The notes under the pieces: model-generated
Database searches by the model: none
Seen by the model: only the letters and a program-made list of their open reading frames with translations
Told to the model about the DNA's origin: nothing
Position numbers and translations under genes: made by a program
Assembly: GCA_023129115.1 (NCBI GenBank)
Contig: JAGMCR010000002.1
Location: forward strand, 64,001 to 128,000
Length of the DNA stretch: 64,000 bases
From: Candidatus Iainarchaeum sp.
Lineage (GTDB): Archaea > B1Sed10-29 > WALL01
Direction: 5' to 3'
Shown here: positions 10,299 to 20,322 of the stretch, one piece after another
Numbering within the stretch: position 1 is the stretch's first letter
Layout of the letters: the number at the start of each line of letters is the position of its first letter

Positions 10299-10837
10299 AA
10301 GACCTGGACTTTTTTTCGGAGGTCGGGAAGCTGAAGGAAGTGCCGCGCACGGGTTGGGCGCTCCGCGGCGTCGAAAACCCCGAGACCGTCACGGACCACG
10401 CGTACCGCGTGGCGGTGATGGCGCTGCACTACTGCAAGCAAAATACTCTCCGCTGCGTCGGCATGGCCCTCGTGCACGACCTGCCCGAAGTAATCACGGG
10501 CGACGTGGCGGTCCGCGCCAACGAAAAAGACCAGGAGATTCCAAGCGCCGAAAAAGCGGAACAAGAAAAAGCGGCGGCCAAGAAGCTCTTCGAGCCCCAG
10601 CCCGAAATGTATTCCCTGTGGCTCGAGTACTTCGAAAACAAAACGCCCGGGGCCAGGCTCGTGCACGACCTGGACAAAGTCGAGATGCTGCTGCAGGCAC
10701 TGGAGTACACGCGCGACAAGCGCACGAGCGAGGACCTAGAGGAATTCTTCGAGTCGACCGAGCCACGCATGCAGACGGACAAGGGCCGCGAGCTCTGGAG
10801 CGAAATAAGGCGCCGCTACCTCGAAGCCTGCAAATAG
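10295..10837 (+). CDS. HD domain phosphohydrolase (YfbR/HDDC2-like)
   Basis: LKEVPRTGW, ETVTDH, ALVHDLPE, DLDK. Confidence 0.9.
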   Translation: MKDLDFFSEVGKLKEVPRTGWALRGVENPETVTDHAYRVAVMALHYCKQNTLRCVGMALVHDLPEVITGDVAVRANEKDQEIPSAEKAEQEKAAAKKLFEPQPEMYSLWLEYFENKTPGARLVHDLDKVEMLLQALEYTRDKRTSEDLEEFFESTEPRMQTDKGRELWSEIRRRYLEACK

Positions 10838-10871
10838 CTTTTTAAATACTTAAACGAAAATGTTCATTCAC

Positions 10872-10944
10872 GCCTCGGTAGCTCAGCCGGTAGAGCGGCA
10901 GTCTCGTAAACTGCAGGTCGGGGGTTCAATTCCCTCCCGAGGCT
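10872..10944 (+). tRNA. tRNA-Thr(CGT); anchor of the cassette array
   Basis: Full cloverleaf: acceptor GCCTCGG/CCGAGGC, D-stem GCTC/GAGC, anticodon stem GCAGT/ACTGC with loop CTCGTAA, TTCAATT T-loop. Confidence 0.97.
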
Positions 10945-11060
10945 CTGACCCTACGGTAGTAGAGCCTGCACCATAAAATTGTTGATGATTGCCTATAACG
11001 CTTTCGTTGCAGCCCTAACTCCTTGAATTTCCTAGGAAATCCGCGGAAACTGGAGGACGC

Positions 11061-11279
11061 TTAATAGAATTCTTCTTTTGGCTTTCCAGTCTGCTTGATT
11101 ATGTGCTTTATCACAAAAACAGTTATGGTTGTGTGGTGCGGCACTCACGTTGTCAACACTTTTTTCTTTGACACTTGTTTCTTGTAAGTGATGTGCTTGC
11201 TGGACCTGGCTTTCTTGAGGCCATTGTCCTTGAGTATGCCCTCGACCTTACGCCTTGACAGCTGGCGAAGCCCTGCCAT
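11061..11279 (-). pseudogene. hicA: HicA-like toxin with in-frame TGA
   Basis: Manual translation MAGLRQLSRRKVEGILKDNG...SSKHITY...LTT*VPHH...IIKQTG. Confidence 0.7.
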
Positions 11280-11345
11280 GATGGGCAACCTCCGGCAAAG
11301 AAATGGGTATGCTACTCAATGAAACAGAAACCGACATCATTGTTT

Positions 11346-11525
11346 TTAGGGTGTGGGCTTGGGTGTGTCCGGGTCTTTCATATACTCGTTAACCAATTCC
11401 GCCATATTTTCCTTTACCTCTTTCTCGGTTTTTCCTTGTGTGGCCACGTCAAGAACAGGGCAAGAAGCCACAAACCACTTATCCTCTTTAGTAACGATTA
11501 TTGGTAAAGGAATAGCTTGTTTCAC
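11346..11525 (-). CDS. hicB: HicB-like antitoxin (59 aa, possibly truncated by frameshift)
   Basis: Manual translation ...KEDKWFVASCPVLDVATQGKTEKEVKENM. Confidence 0.75.
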   Translation of the reverse strand: MKQAIPLPIIVTKEDKWFVASCPVLDVATQGKTEKEVKENMAELVNEYMKDPDTPKPTP

Positions 11526-11596
11526 TGAAAATCACCCTCTGAAATAGGTTATCAAACCCGCGCTATTTAAAAGTATCCGCAAAAAAGAGGTGCTCC

Positions 11597-12250
11597 TTGG
11601 TCCTGCCAAAGTTATTAAAGAACCCCACACAATATTCTAGCGTGCCTGGAGATATCATCCCTGAAAAGAAGACTAAGACACAAAAAGCGATTAGGGCACT
11701 CTTTGCTTTTGGTGAGAAGCAGCGGGAGCTACCTTACGTTAAGACCAGCCGTCCAGGACACTTGGTTGCGCGGAGTATGAAGCGTGCTAACGAGCTGGTT
11801 GAACAAGCAACAACTATTTGGGAAGAAACGAAGGACAAGGAACAAAGCGGCAGGATTGGGCCGTGGGGAAGTGGGTTTAAGATAATTTACCCACAGGATT
11901 CTCGCCTTAGGGGTGAAGTGTTCCATGAGCTGAAGAGGATAACCCGCGACCTGAAAAGGGCGAGTTCGCAAAAACTTTCTGAAGAAGAACTGCAGGAGGA
12001 AGCTGCGCGGCTCAAGAATTTTTATACTCGGGGAATTCCATCCGGTCGCACGCCCGAAGCCGAGGCGAAGGCAGACGCTATGCTCACAGACGAAGAGAAA
12101 GCAATCCTAGGGGAACTCGGTTTGGACGAGGACAAGTACAACGAGCACGTCCAACACCTCGCCAGCGCCCTGGAGTCTTCACACGAGGACCTTTACGAGC
12201 TGATGGTACACCTTATAAAAGAAGGAAAAGAGGTAAAGCTGCTCAAATAA
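11597..12250 (+). CDS. hypothetical protein
   Basis: 217 aa ORF, GAGGTG RBS and TTTAAAA box upstream. Confidence 0.65.
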   Translation: MVLPKLLKNPTQYSSVPGDIIPEKKTKTQKAIRALFAFGEKQRELPYVKTSRPGHLVARSMKRANELVEQATTIWEETKDKEQSGRIGPWGSGFKIIYPQDSRLRGEVFHELKRITRDLKRASSQKLSEEELQEEAARLKNFYTRGIPSGRTPEAEAKADAMLTDEEKAILGELGLDEDKYNEHVQHLASALESSHEDLYELMVHLIKEGKEVKLLK

Positions 12251-12328
12251 CTCTTTTATGTGCAGACCCTCAATATAGTGTAAAAGCCCCACCCCGTTTT
12301 TTAAAGAATCCCGCACAACATTCTAACA

Positions 12329-12796
12329 ATGGCAAGAACACCTCAATGGATCAAAAACCTGGGCGGTCACGCAGGCGAGTTATACGTCGCGGCTGAACTA
12401 TCTAAACGTGGAATACCCAATGCATTGCTCCCCGAGAACTTTTCTGACGATGATATTTTGATTGCGCAGAAAGATGGAAGTGAAATTGGCTATATCCAAG
12501 TAAAGTCCTGTCACCCAAATCGTTCCGACTCCTTCATTCTTCGCTACACTGAAGAAGAGTGGACAAAAGCAAAAAGTAACGAGTACGTGGTTTTAGTGTA
12601 CTTGGGGACTCCCGAAGAAAACGAATCCCCACGTTATTGGATAACAACAAAGAAAAAAATGGGAAAAGCATGTGTTGAACACGGGGCACACGGAACCAAA
12701 AACTGGGAACGCCGCTTTTGGATGAAGACTATGGAATCAGACTACAAAAAATGGGAGAATAATTGGGGGCTCTTTAAGAAGTACCTTCCTAAGTGA
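12329..12796 (+). CDS. PD-(D/E)XK family nuclease
   Basis: GHAGELYVAAELSKRG...DILI...IQVKS. Confidence 0.75.
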   Translation: MARTPQWIKNLGGHAGELYVAAELSKRGIPNALLPENFSDDDILIAQKDGSEIGYIQVKSCHPNRSDSFILRYTEEEWTKAKSNEYVVLVYLGTPEENESPRYWITTKKKMGKACVEHGAHGTKNWERRFWMKTMESDYKKWENNWGLFKKYLPK

Positions 12797-12820
12797 TTAA
12801 AAAAAAATGGAGAGATTCGT

Positions 12821-13453
12821 TTGAAGAAAATTAGTGTATCTGAACTGACTTTTGCGCAAATACGCGCAGCCTCCAAAGAGTTCAGAAAGCGCGAGGAGAG
12901 GGATTCAATATACAAAATCACTACAAAGCTCGTGAACGAGGCATGGGCCAAGAAAGGCAAGGGATTCACTCTCGCCGATGCCATTAGCGTGCTACTACTC
13001 GTTTGGAACCAGGGGTTCTACCGCTACGGAAGACTCAACTTCACTAAGTTCGATAAAGCTATCAAGAAGAACAAGCCACTACTGGCAAAGTTTAGGAAGC
13101 GAAAAATCGCAAGCTTCACAGCAAAGGATGAAACAACAATCAAGAAGCTATTCAACGATTTACTTGAGGCCACGTCCATCAAAACGAGGAAACAGAAGAA
13201 AAAGATGGTCAGCCCAGTCAGCGTTGCCAAAGCACTCCACATGATGGCTCCCAGATTCTTCCCGTTATGGGACGGAGCCATCGCCGTTGGATGGGGCTGT
13301 CGATTCAACCGGGACAACGCTGCTGACAAGTACCTGAAGTTCATGAGGCAAAACAAGGAACTGATGGGAAAATACAGTGGCCGCGGGCTAACCTTAAAAA
13401 TGATTGATGAATGTAGTTACGCAATATACACCGCGGGATGGTATCCACGATAG
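12821..13453 (+). CDS. hypothetical protein, possible HhH/glycosylase-like fold
   Basis: SVAKALHMMAPRFFPLWD motif; fold assignment is inference. Confidence 0.55.
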   Translation: MKKISVSELTFAQIRAASKEFRKREERDSIYKITTKLVNEAWAKKGKGFTLADAISVLLLVWNQGFYRYGRLNFTKFDKAIKKNKPLLAKFRKRKIASFTAKDETTIKKLFNDLLEATSIKTRKQKKKMVSPVSVAKALHMMAPRFFPLWDGAIAVGWGCRFNRDNAADKYLKFMRQNKELMGKYSGRGLTLKMIDECSYAIYTAGWYPR

Positions 13454-13536
13454 ACAGGTCATTTCCTAGGAACTTCCGCGGAAATGAGGTGTGTGAGGGG
13501 CAAAAACCCGTGTAGGCTCTACAGCCGTACGACTTG

Positions 13537-13552
13537 TTCCCTCCCGAGGCTC
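13537..13552 (+). repeat. att-like copy 2 of tRNA-Thr 3' end (left arm A upstream)
   Basis: TTCCCTCCCGAGGCTC exact. Confidence 0.95.
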
Positions 13553-13611
13553 TGTATCTCTGGTGCCAGAGCGCAAGCTAAATCATTCTTTTTTTTGTGC
13601 ACTTGCCTTTG

Positions 13612-14208
13612 CTAAAGCGACTTCGCGAACTTGTCCGAGGTGGTCATCTTTGCGTACAGCGGCAGTATGTCCATCATCGCGTCGTAGTTGCTGTCGGTGA
13701 AGCCGCTGGTCGCGTCCTTCAGAAGGGTCACGTTGTATCCCTTGTTGGCCGCGCGCTTAACAGTCGTTGCGATGACGTGCTCGGTGCACTGCCCGCTGAT
13801 ATATACGTGGTCGACTCCGGCCGAACGCAGTACTAAATCGAGGTCGGTTCCCTCGAAGCCGTCAGAGCCGTAGTTGATGACGATTACATCGTCTTTCTTG
13901 GGCTCGAGCTCCTTGATGACCTTGGCATCCCAGCTGCCCACCAAAGCTTTGTTCGCGTCTTTGGCTCCCTGCATGAGGGGGTAGTACTGGTTCTTGGGCA
14001 TTTCAGGATAGCCTGGTCTCCACGCGATGTTGACGAAGACGGTCAGCATCTTCTTCCTTCGGGCTGCGGAAAGCGCCTTCTTCGCCTTGGGTATTGACTT
14101 GTTCTTCTTGATTTGGGGGTACAGCATCTTGCCCCAAACGCCTTTGGGGTGGGCCACACCGTTTTGCCAGTGTAGCATTAGCAAAGCAGATTTTTTGACA
14201 TTAACCAT
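13612..14208 (-). CDS. isochorismatase/cysteine hydrolase family
   Basis: ALLML..QN, F.GTDLDLVLRSAGV...GQCTEH; catalytic residues appear partly substituted. Confidence 0.85.
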   Translation of the reverse strand: MVNVKKSALLMLHWQNGVAHPKGVWGKMLYPQIKKNKSIPKAKKALSAARRKKMLTVFVNIAWRPGYPEMPKNQYYPLMQGAKDANKALVGSWDAKVIKELEPKKDDVIVINYGSDGFEGTDLDLVLRSAGVDHVYISGQCTEHVIATTVKRAANKGYNVTLLKDATSGFTDSNYDAMMDILPLYAKMTTSDKFAKSL

Positions 14209-14259
14209 GATAATTCACCGAAAGCAAACAAGCTTCCGTGCAATAAAAACGTTTCGGTT

Positions 14260-14286
14260 GGGGTTCAATTCCCTCCCGAGGCTCCA
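14260..14286 (+). repeat. att-like copy 3 (T-arm plus acceptor strand plus CCA)
   Basis: GGGGTTCAATTCCCTCCCGAGGCTCCA; 25 nt identical to 10921-10945. Confidence 0.97.
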
Positions 14287-14359
14287 TTACTGCGTCAAGG
14301 AGCCCCTGCTCAATTCCGCACCAGTCTATAAATAGTCCTTTGAGCAGAGCCTCGGAGGC

Positions 14360-15529
14360 ATGAGGACTGACCCTTACAACACCGGCACGAAGCTAGTGAA
14401 TTGCCTTGAGCGGGTTAGGCAATCGCTTGACCTATGTAAAGCCAACAAGCGGCTGATTCTTGAGTTCCACGCCGAGGCCGTTGCCCGTGGCTTGTCGGAA
14501 AAGCGGTGCCTTAAGTACGTGAGTACTCTCCGCAACCTCGGAACCCAACTTGGAAAGCCCTTTAACAAGGCGGACAAGCACGACATCATTCGCTTGCTCT
14601 CTTGGCTTGAGTCAACCGCGTACAAGGAGTGGACGAAGCACGACTACAAAGTCATTCTGAAATCGTTTTACAAGTGGCTGAACGGTGGAGAAGAGTATCC
14701 AAAGGTTGTTTCGTGGGTAAAAACAGGGATGAAGAACGGCAACCACATGCTGCCCGAGGAATTGCTGACCGAGGAAGACGTGCGTGCTTTAGTTGAAGCG
14801 TGTACGAACCCGCGCGACAAAGCTTTTGTCCTCACGTTGTACGAGAGTGGCTGCCGAATAAGCGAGCTGCTGACGTTGCAGGTAAAGAGCGTGAGGTTTG
14901 ACGAGCACGGCTCAATCTTGCGAGTGACTGGGAAGACCGGTGACAGGCGCGTGAGGGTGATTTCCGCGGCTCCGGCAATCGCGTTGTGGCTCGACAACCA
15001 CCCCACAAGGAAAGGGCACTTGTTTTGCTCCTTGGATGGGACGGGCATCAACTACTCGACCGCTAACGTGCTGTTAAGGAGGCTTGCTAAGAAGGCAGGC
15101 ATTACGAAGCGTGTTAATCCGCACGGTTTCCGCCACGCCCGGGCCACGTCGCTCGCGAACAAGCTCACAGAAGCCCAAATGAAGGAGTTCTTTGGTTGGG
15201 CTCAAAGTAGCGAGATGGCGGCTGTGTACGTCCACTTGTTGGGGCGGGACGTGGACGATGCCCTGCTAAGCATTTACGGCGTGAAGCCACCCGAGGACGC
15301 TCGCAAGGAGCGTTTCGTGCCTAGGGCTTGTCCCAGGTGCAAGGAGACTAATTCTCCTGCTAGTAAATACTGTTGCAGGTGTGGCAGTGCGCTCGACCTC
15401 GCAACAGCGCTAGAGGCTGATGACAAGCACAAGGAAGCCGATGCATTGATGAACGAGCTCATCAAAGACGACAGGATAAAAGCGCTTCTATTGGAGCGGT
15501 TGGTTGCCATCCAAGCAGAGAATCATTAA
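14360..15529 (+). CDS. tyrosine recombinase/integrase with C-terminal zinc ribbon
   Basis: ESGCRISE (R), GKTG (K), HGFRH (HxxR), FGW, AVYVH (Y); CPRC...CCRC. Confidence 0.95.
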   Translation: MRTDPYNTGTKLVNCLERVRQSLDLCKANKRLILEFHAEAVARGLSEKRCLKYVSTLRNLGTQLGKPFNKADKHDIIRLLSWLESTAYKEWTKHDYKVILKSFYKWLNGGEEYPKVVSWVKTGMKNGNHMLPEELLTEEDVRALVEACTNPRDKAFVLTLYESGCRISELLTLQVKSVRFDEHGSILRVTGKTGDRRVRVISAAPAIALWLDNHPTRKGHLFCSLDGTGINYSTANVLLRRLAKKAGITKRVNPHGFRHARATSLANKLTEAQMKEFFGWAQSSEMAAVYVHLLGRDVDDALLSIYGVKPPEDARKERFVPRACPRCKETNSPASKYCCRCGSALDLATALEADDKHKEADALMNELIKDDRIKALLLERLVAIQAENH

Positions 15530-15990
15530 CCTTTTCGTTTGAGGTTGTTGTATATATTGAGTGGTTCAGCGCTCAAATTCTCGCGTTCCTGGCCTTGGTT
15601 CAACTGATTTTTTAGGAATTCAATAGCTGCCAAGTAGCTCATCGGGAGCGCATCAGAAGTGTTTTCTCCCCCTGTTCAGGAATCCACATTACGAAAAAAT
15701 TCGGATTTGAGAATGTTGTATTCTCTCTTGTATTAATGGGGCAGTTTTCGGTGCGGATTCTAAGGCGTTGCTAGTGATTGACCATTGTGTAATTAGGATT
15801 CTAATTATTCAGAAAGTAGGGGTTGTGTGAAGCTCGGGGGTGAATACTGACCCTGATGAGGGTTCTGCATTACGAAAAAATTGGGATTCGGAAGTTGGCC
15901 TCCTTTTAGTGATAGAAAATGGATTTGGCCTTAGTTCACGTTTAAACATAGGTTTTTATTTGAGGACTGCTTTTTTGGCTAAGGAGCGGA

Positions 15991-16665
15991 TTGCTGATGA
16001 CTGATACTTTAGTTGATGTTTTGCTGATGCCGAACATTATGGCACTATGGGTTCCAATAATCATAGCGGCCGCCTTAGTAATCCTAATGGGATTGGTTGT
16101 CCGCCACAAAAAAGTTTCTATATCTAAGTCTAAAAAATCGCCAGATAACAAAAAAGTTGCTTTCAGATCACTTGTGATTGTTGCAGTACTATCGTTGGTA
16201 TTTTTCTTTGTTGAACCCCAGATAATAAAAGGTCTCTCCACACCACTTTTAACAATCCCATTTAGTGTTGTCCCCGCTCTTCTACTCGGATTATTTTACA
16301 CTGGACTTCAATACACTCCCATAGAAATCAAATCAGACAAGAAGAAAGCGACGCTAACAGTTGATTTTATTACTATTAATCTATGCGCACTCTTCGCATT
16401 CTTGACATTGTTTAACTTCTCTCCTTATTTCCCCGGCGCGTTCACTAGCACGAGCAACATAGCAATCATTTTCATAATTGCGTTGGTACAGACTTTTTTG
16501 TTCTCGCTGATTGTGTTCGCTTCGGAAAAAGTAAAATTCATCAGACTAAAAAATTTCCTTGGGATTCCAAATTGGCTGATATGTGTTATACTCTTTATCC
16601 TGCCTTGGTTGTTTTTGATGTATGAAAAAGCTATCCCAGTGGTGGGTGGCCTCAGGACCCTATAA
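15991..16665 (+). CDS. multi-pass membrane protein
   Basis: About 6 hydrophobic segments; start uncertain. Confidence 0.7.
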   Translation: MLMTDTLVDVLLMPNIMALWVPIIIAAALVILMGLVVRHKKVSISKSKKSPDNKKVAFRSLVIVAVLSLVFFFVEPQIIKGLSTPLLTIPFSVVPALLLGLFYTGLQYTPIEIKSDKKKATLTVDFITINLCALFAFLTLFNFSPYFPGAFTSTSNIAIIFIIALVQTFLFSLIVFASEKVKFIRLKNFLGIPNWLICVILFILPWLFLMYEKAIPVVGGLRTL

Positions 16666-16756
16666 TCAAAAATGCCTAAATCGGCATTTGTTTAAACGTT
16701 TGGACGATATGTATTTATTCTGCAAGCGCTTTTTGTTTGAGTCGGGGTGTTCTTCA

Positions 16757-19570
16757 ATGAAGCGAATGTTAGATGCATCTAAGGGCTCAGTTATAGTGGT
16801 GGTTTTTATCCTACTCTTAATTGTTGGGGTTTATGCGTTTGCTCCGTGTCCTGTTTCTCCACCAGTAAACGAAGGTGACCCACTGCCAATACCTTGCTTT
16901 GAAGAAGGTATGTGCATGGGTGGTTGTTGCTGCTATGATGGTTATCTTCTTCTCGAAAGGAATACTACTGAAGAACAGCCCAGCGCGATTACAGGTATGA
17001 TGGTAGCAACCGCACCTTTAGAAGGCAATGCAATTGAGCCCCACAAAGTGGTTAGTTTGGTTGGTTTTGAAGGCTATGACAAGAATAGGGACAAGGTTGC
17101 GGATTCCATGCAGAACGGTGTTTACTTAGAGGGCGCTACAAAAGAACTATTCACTGTTGCTTTTGACCACAAACCAACAGAAGAAGACAAAAAACTGGTT
17201 AGAGATATGGGTGGGGAGGTTGTTTACGATTTCTCATTGATTTACGCTTTAACAGTTAGGATACAACCAACCAAAATAACTGAGTATGCAGCAGCCAATC
17301 CACATGTAGTTATCGTGAGTGACCCCCGTGTAACTAGATCACTGAAGATATACCGCACAGCAAAAGTAGTTCGTGTTCGACCTCTAGTTTGGGAAACCTA
17401 TGGCTACAATGGTAGCGGGGAAGTAGTCACAGTAATGGATAGTGGCGTAGATGACTCCCACGCAGATTTACAAGGCAAAATAAAAAACTGGATGGACTGC
17501 AATCCTGCAGGATGCACTACTATTGGTCAGACACTGCATGACAACGTGGGCCATGGAACGAGTATTGCGGGGATTATTGTGGGGTCTGGGACGCAGGTGG
17601 GTGGTTCTAGTGGAGTAGCCACAGTGAACATTATGATTCATAGCCGGTTTACGGGCGAAGGCGGAGAAGTATGGGGTGGCTATTTTTCAGTGGATACTGA
17701 TGATAACACCCATTCCATTGACGGAACCCTTAATTGGGAGGCGGCTGACGGGCAGGACAATTACACAATAAAAGTAACCAACTCTACAGGGCTACCAAAC
17801 GGTGTTATTGGGGACGAAACTTCCGATTCAGACCCCTTAACCTTAACCACCAACTCATTCACAGAAACCAGTGAAATCCAGTACAAGTTTTACGTTAGCG
17901 CAGAGAGTGGCAATGCACATAACAGCACTGATGAAGCCTATTTCGCGCAAATGAGTACACCTATTGAATCGGTGGGGGATAGTTATAACCTCATGAGGGG
18001 ACTGGCACCAGGTAGCGAGCTTGTTTCCGTGAAAGTTGTGCCAGATGATAATGACATAGCTCATTTATGGACTATGAATAATGCCTATGATTGGATTGGG
18101 TCTAATTCTGAATCAGATGGCGTTAAAGTGGTTTCCATTAGTTTGGGTGGGACAACCGCTGACCCTATTGAATCAAAAGTCATTAGTAACACGATAGACA
18201 AAGGGGTTCTGCCCGTTGCAGCAACAGGTAATGATAACGGTGTTATCGACTACCCTGCTAGGTATCCTGAAGTGCTTGCTGTGGGGGCGATTGACAGCGA
18301 TGGAGACGTGGCGGATTACAGTAATTACGGGAACTCAAGTGAAGGCTCTGAAAAATGGCCCGATGTTGTTGCTCCCGGTGGGTCAAGCTGGTTCACTTAT
18401 GAAAAATACCCTGTTTTAACACTCGACACAAACGACGCTGAGTGTGTGACGAACACAGGCCTAACTACATGCGAAAGTTTCTCTGAAGAATACACTAATG
18501 ACTCCATCTATGCGTACGGTACTTCCATGGCTGTCCCCCACGTATCCGCGATAGCTGCCTTGATTGCTGAGGCGAAGGGGAGTTGGACTTACAACTCTTC
18601 TACTGACCCGTTGTGGGTAAAAATGGTTATTTCGATGACGGCTTGGGAGACCAACGAAACCAACCGTGGTTCTAAAGACATCTATGAAGGCTATGGAGTA
18701 GTCGCTGCCGACGCGGCAATCGAAGCGGTTATCTTCAACCACACGCTTGGGGACATTGAGTCAGATACTTTTGGCTCGGGATTGACTGACAAGAAGGTGT
18801 GGGCCCGCGAAGTTTCGCCGGGAGACAAGGAAATTGATTTCACGCTGGTGGTGCCAAGCGGCGCGGACTACGACCTCTACCTTTACAACAATACTCCTGA
18901 CCAGTACGGCCAGCCACAGATACTGGACAATTCGACAACTGCTGCGACCGGCGGCACAGAAAGCATTACCTACAACTTTTCGGCGAGTCAGGAAGCGTAT
19001 TTGGTGGTGAAGTGGGTCAGCGGTAACGGAGCATTTACTTTGTCTAGTGTGGAAGACAAGGACAAAATGAGTTTGATTCAGGGTTGGAACCAGTTTTCGT
19101 TCCCGAAGCTTCCGGCGAACAAGACTGTGGCCAACGTGTTCTCTTCAATTAGTGGTAGTTATGACCGGATAGATGATTACATCGCTAACAACAAGTCGTG
19201 GCGGATTTACGACGTAGCTGCAATTGGCTATTCCATGACGTTAAGCAACATTGAGGGGGGCAGGTCTTATCGCATTCATATGAACCAGGCCGACACAATT
19301 GAGTTCAGCGGCACGGACGTGGCGCCAATCAATATCTCGCTTTATGAGGGCTGGAATTGGCTCGCTTGGCCAGGCGAGACGGAGGCAATCGCCAGTGCGT
19401 TGAGCTCAATCGACGGGAGCTACAACAGAATAGATGAACTCTACGCTGGGGAGTGGGAAATTTATGATAGCTCCATCCCCGATGAGTACGACCAATCCCT
19501 GGACTACATGAAAAGAGGCAGAGGGTACGTAATTCTCATGAACTCTAACGACACACTCGAGGTGAATTAG
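16757..19570 (+). CDS. secreted S8 subtilisin-like serine protease
   Basis: VMDSG, HGT, GTSMA catalytic triad; N-terminal signal; C-terminal L..GWN repeats. Confidence 0.92.
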   Translation: MKRMLDASKGSVIVVVFILLLIVGVYAFAPCPVSPPVNEGDPLPIPCFEEGMCMGGCCCYDGYLLLERNTTEEQPSAITGMMVATAPLEGNAIEPHKVVSLVGFEGYDKNRDKVADSMQNGVYLEGATKELFTVAFDHKPTEEDKKLVRDMGGEVVYDFSLIYALTVRIQPTKITEYAAANPHVVIVSDPRVTRSLKIYRTAKVVRVRPLVWETYGYNGSGEVVTVMDSGVDDSHADLQGKIKNWMDCNPAGCTTIGQTLHDNVGHGTSIAGIIVGSGTQVGGSSGVATVNIMIHSRFTGEGGEVWGGYFSVDTDDNTHSIDGTLNWEAADGQDNYTIKVTNSTGLPNGVIGDETSDSDPLTLTTNSFTETSEIQYKFYVSAESGNAHNSTDEAYFAQMSTPIESVGDSYNLMRGLAPGSELVSVKVVPDDNDIAHLWTMNNAYDWIGSNSESDGVKVVSISLGGTTADPIESKVISNTIDKGVLPVAATGNDNGVIDYPARYPEVLAVGAIDSDGDVADYSNYGNSSEGSEKWPDVVAPGGSSWFTYEKYPVLTLDTNDAECVTNTGLTTCESFSEEYTNDSIYAYGTSMAVPHVSAIAALIAEAKGSWTYNSSTDPLWVKMVISMTAWETNETNRGSKDIYEGYGVVAADAAIEAVIFNHTLGDIESDTFGSGLTDKKVWAREVSPGDKEIDFTLVVPSGADYDLYLYNNTPDQYGQPQILDNSTTAATGGTESITYNFSASQEAYLVVKWVSGNGAFTLSSVEDKDKMSLIQGWNQFSFPKLPANKTVANVFSSISGSYDRIDDYIANNKSWRIYDVAAIGYSMTLSNIEGGRSYRIHMNQADTIEFSGTDVAPINISLYEGWNWLAWPGETEAIASALSSIDGSYNRIDELYAGEWEIYDSSIPDEYDQSLDYMKRGRGYVILMNSNDTLEVN

Positions 19571-19597
19571 AGGGGGATACTTGACCTGGTCAAGCTG

Positions 19598-19611
19598 TCC
19601 TCCCGGGGCTC
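19598..19611 (+). repeat. att-like copy 4 (left arm B, right arm A)
   Basis: TCCTCCCGGGGCTC followed by the same 28 nt that follow the tRNA. Confidence 0.92.
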
Positions 19612-19690
19612 TGACCCTACGGTAGTAGAGCCTGCACCAAACTATTTATAGAACTTTGAGCAGAAGCCCTTGCGATGGGCAGGATAAACC

Positions 19691-20260
19691 TCATTCAAAA
19701 TGGTGTTTATGCTTTTCGAGTTTTTTCATGCGTTTCTTGTTTAGGTGAATTGTTTCTTTGGTTGCGCGGCTTTGGCGCTCGACTTCGAACGCGGTTATTC
19801 CAAGGTCGTGGGCCTCACACGCTGTTTTGATTGCACTGGCTGCTTGGACTATGTCTTCTCTTCGTGTTGACGGGTTTTGTTTTTTGTCTTCATTAAGTAT
19901 ATCAATTGCGAGGTCAATTGTTTTGTTTGGCAGCCCTAACCTCTTGCCTTGTTTTTGGATGATTTCTTGGGGAGTTGGAGTAGCTATGCCCGTAGCCTTG
20001 CGGAAGTCCTCGATGTCTTCTAGGCTTAGATTAATGGAGTTATCGGCGGCTCTGAAGTTGTACCTGCCAATTTCCATCCCCTGGTTTTGGCCCGCAACCC
20101 AACTTATTAAGCTCGCTTTTTTCACTGGCTCCGCATTGTACGCAATAACCTCTTTTTTCTTCCTGAGCCTCTCGACTTCTTTTACGAGTGCATCTTCTGC
20201 CTCGCCGGGAAAAACACGCAGCCGCCTTACTTTTTCCAAGATTTGGTCCATTTTAGACAT
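19691..20260 (-). CDS. hypothetical protein with TFB cyclin-repeat-like C-terminus
   Basis: LGLPNKTIDLAIDIL...AASAIKTAC...ITAFEV...TKETI. Confidence 0.55.
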   Translation of the reverse strand: MSKMDQILEKVRRLRVFPGEAEDALVKEVERLRKKKEVIAYNAEPVKKASLISWVAGQNQGMEIGRYNFRAADNSINLSLEDIEDFRKATGIATPTPQEIIQKQGKRLGLPNKTIDLAIDILNEDKKQNPSTRREDIVQAASAIKTACEAHDLGITAFEVERQSRATKETIHLNKKRMKKLEKHKHHFE

Positions 20261-20322
20261 AACAACAAATGACTCAGTTCTAAAATAAAAACCTTTTTAT
20301 CCCTCTTAGAGTTATGTGCAAA

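Noticed and set aside
10965-10973. CCTGCACCA in arm A resembles the tRNA-Leu 3' end plus CCA
   Set aside because: Only 9 nt and largely explained as part of the arm inverted repeat.
11441-11453. TGGCCACGTCAAG matching arm B inside hicB
   Set aside because: Encodes the conserved LDVA of HicB and has no adjacent core; likely chance.
14260-14286. Possible second tRNA-Thr gene
   Set aside because: Only the T-arm and 3' acceptor strand are present; no 5' half upstream.
15851-15880. CTGATGAG...GAAA resembling a hammerhead ribozyme core
   Set aside because: Stem II and the flanking stems cannot be paired convincingly.
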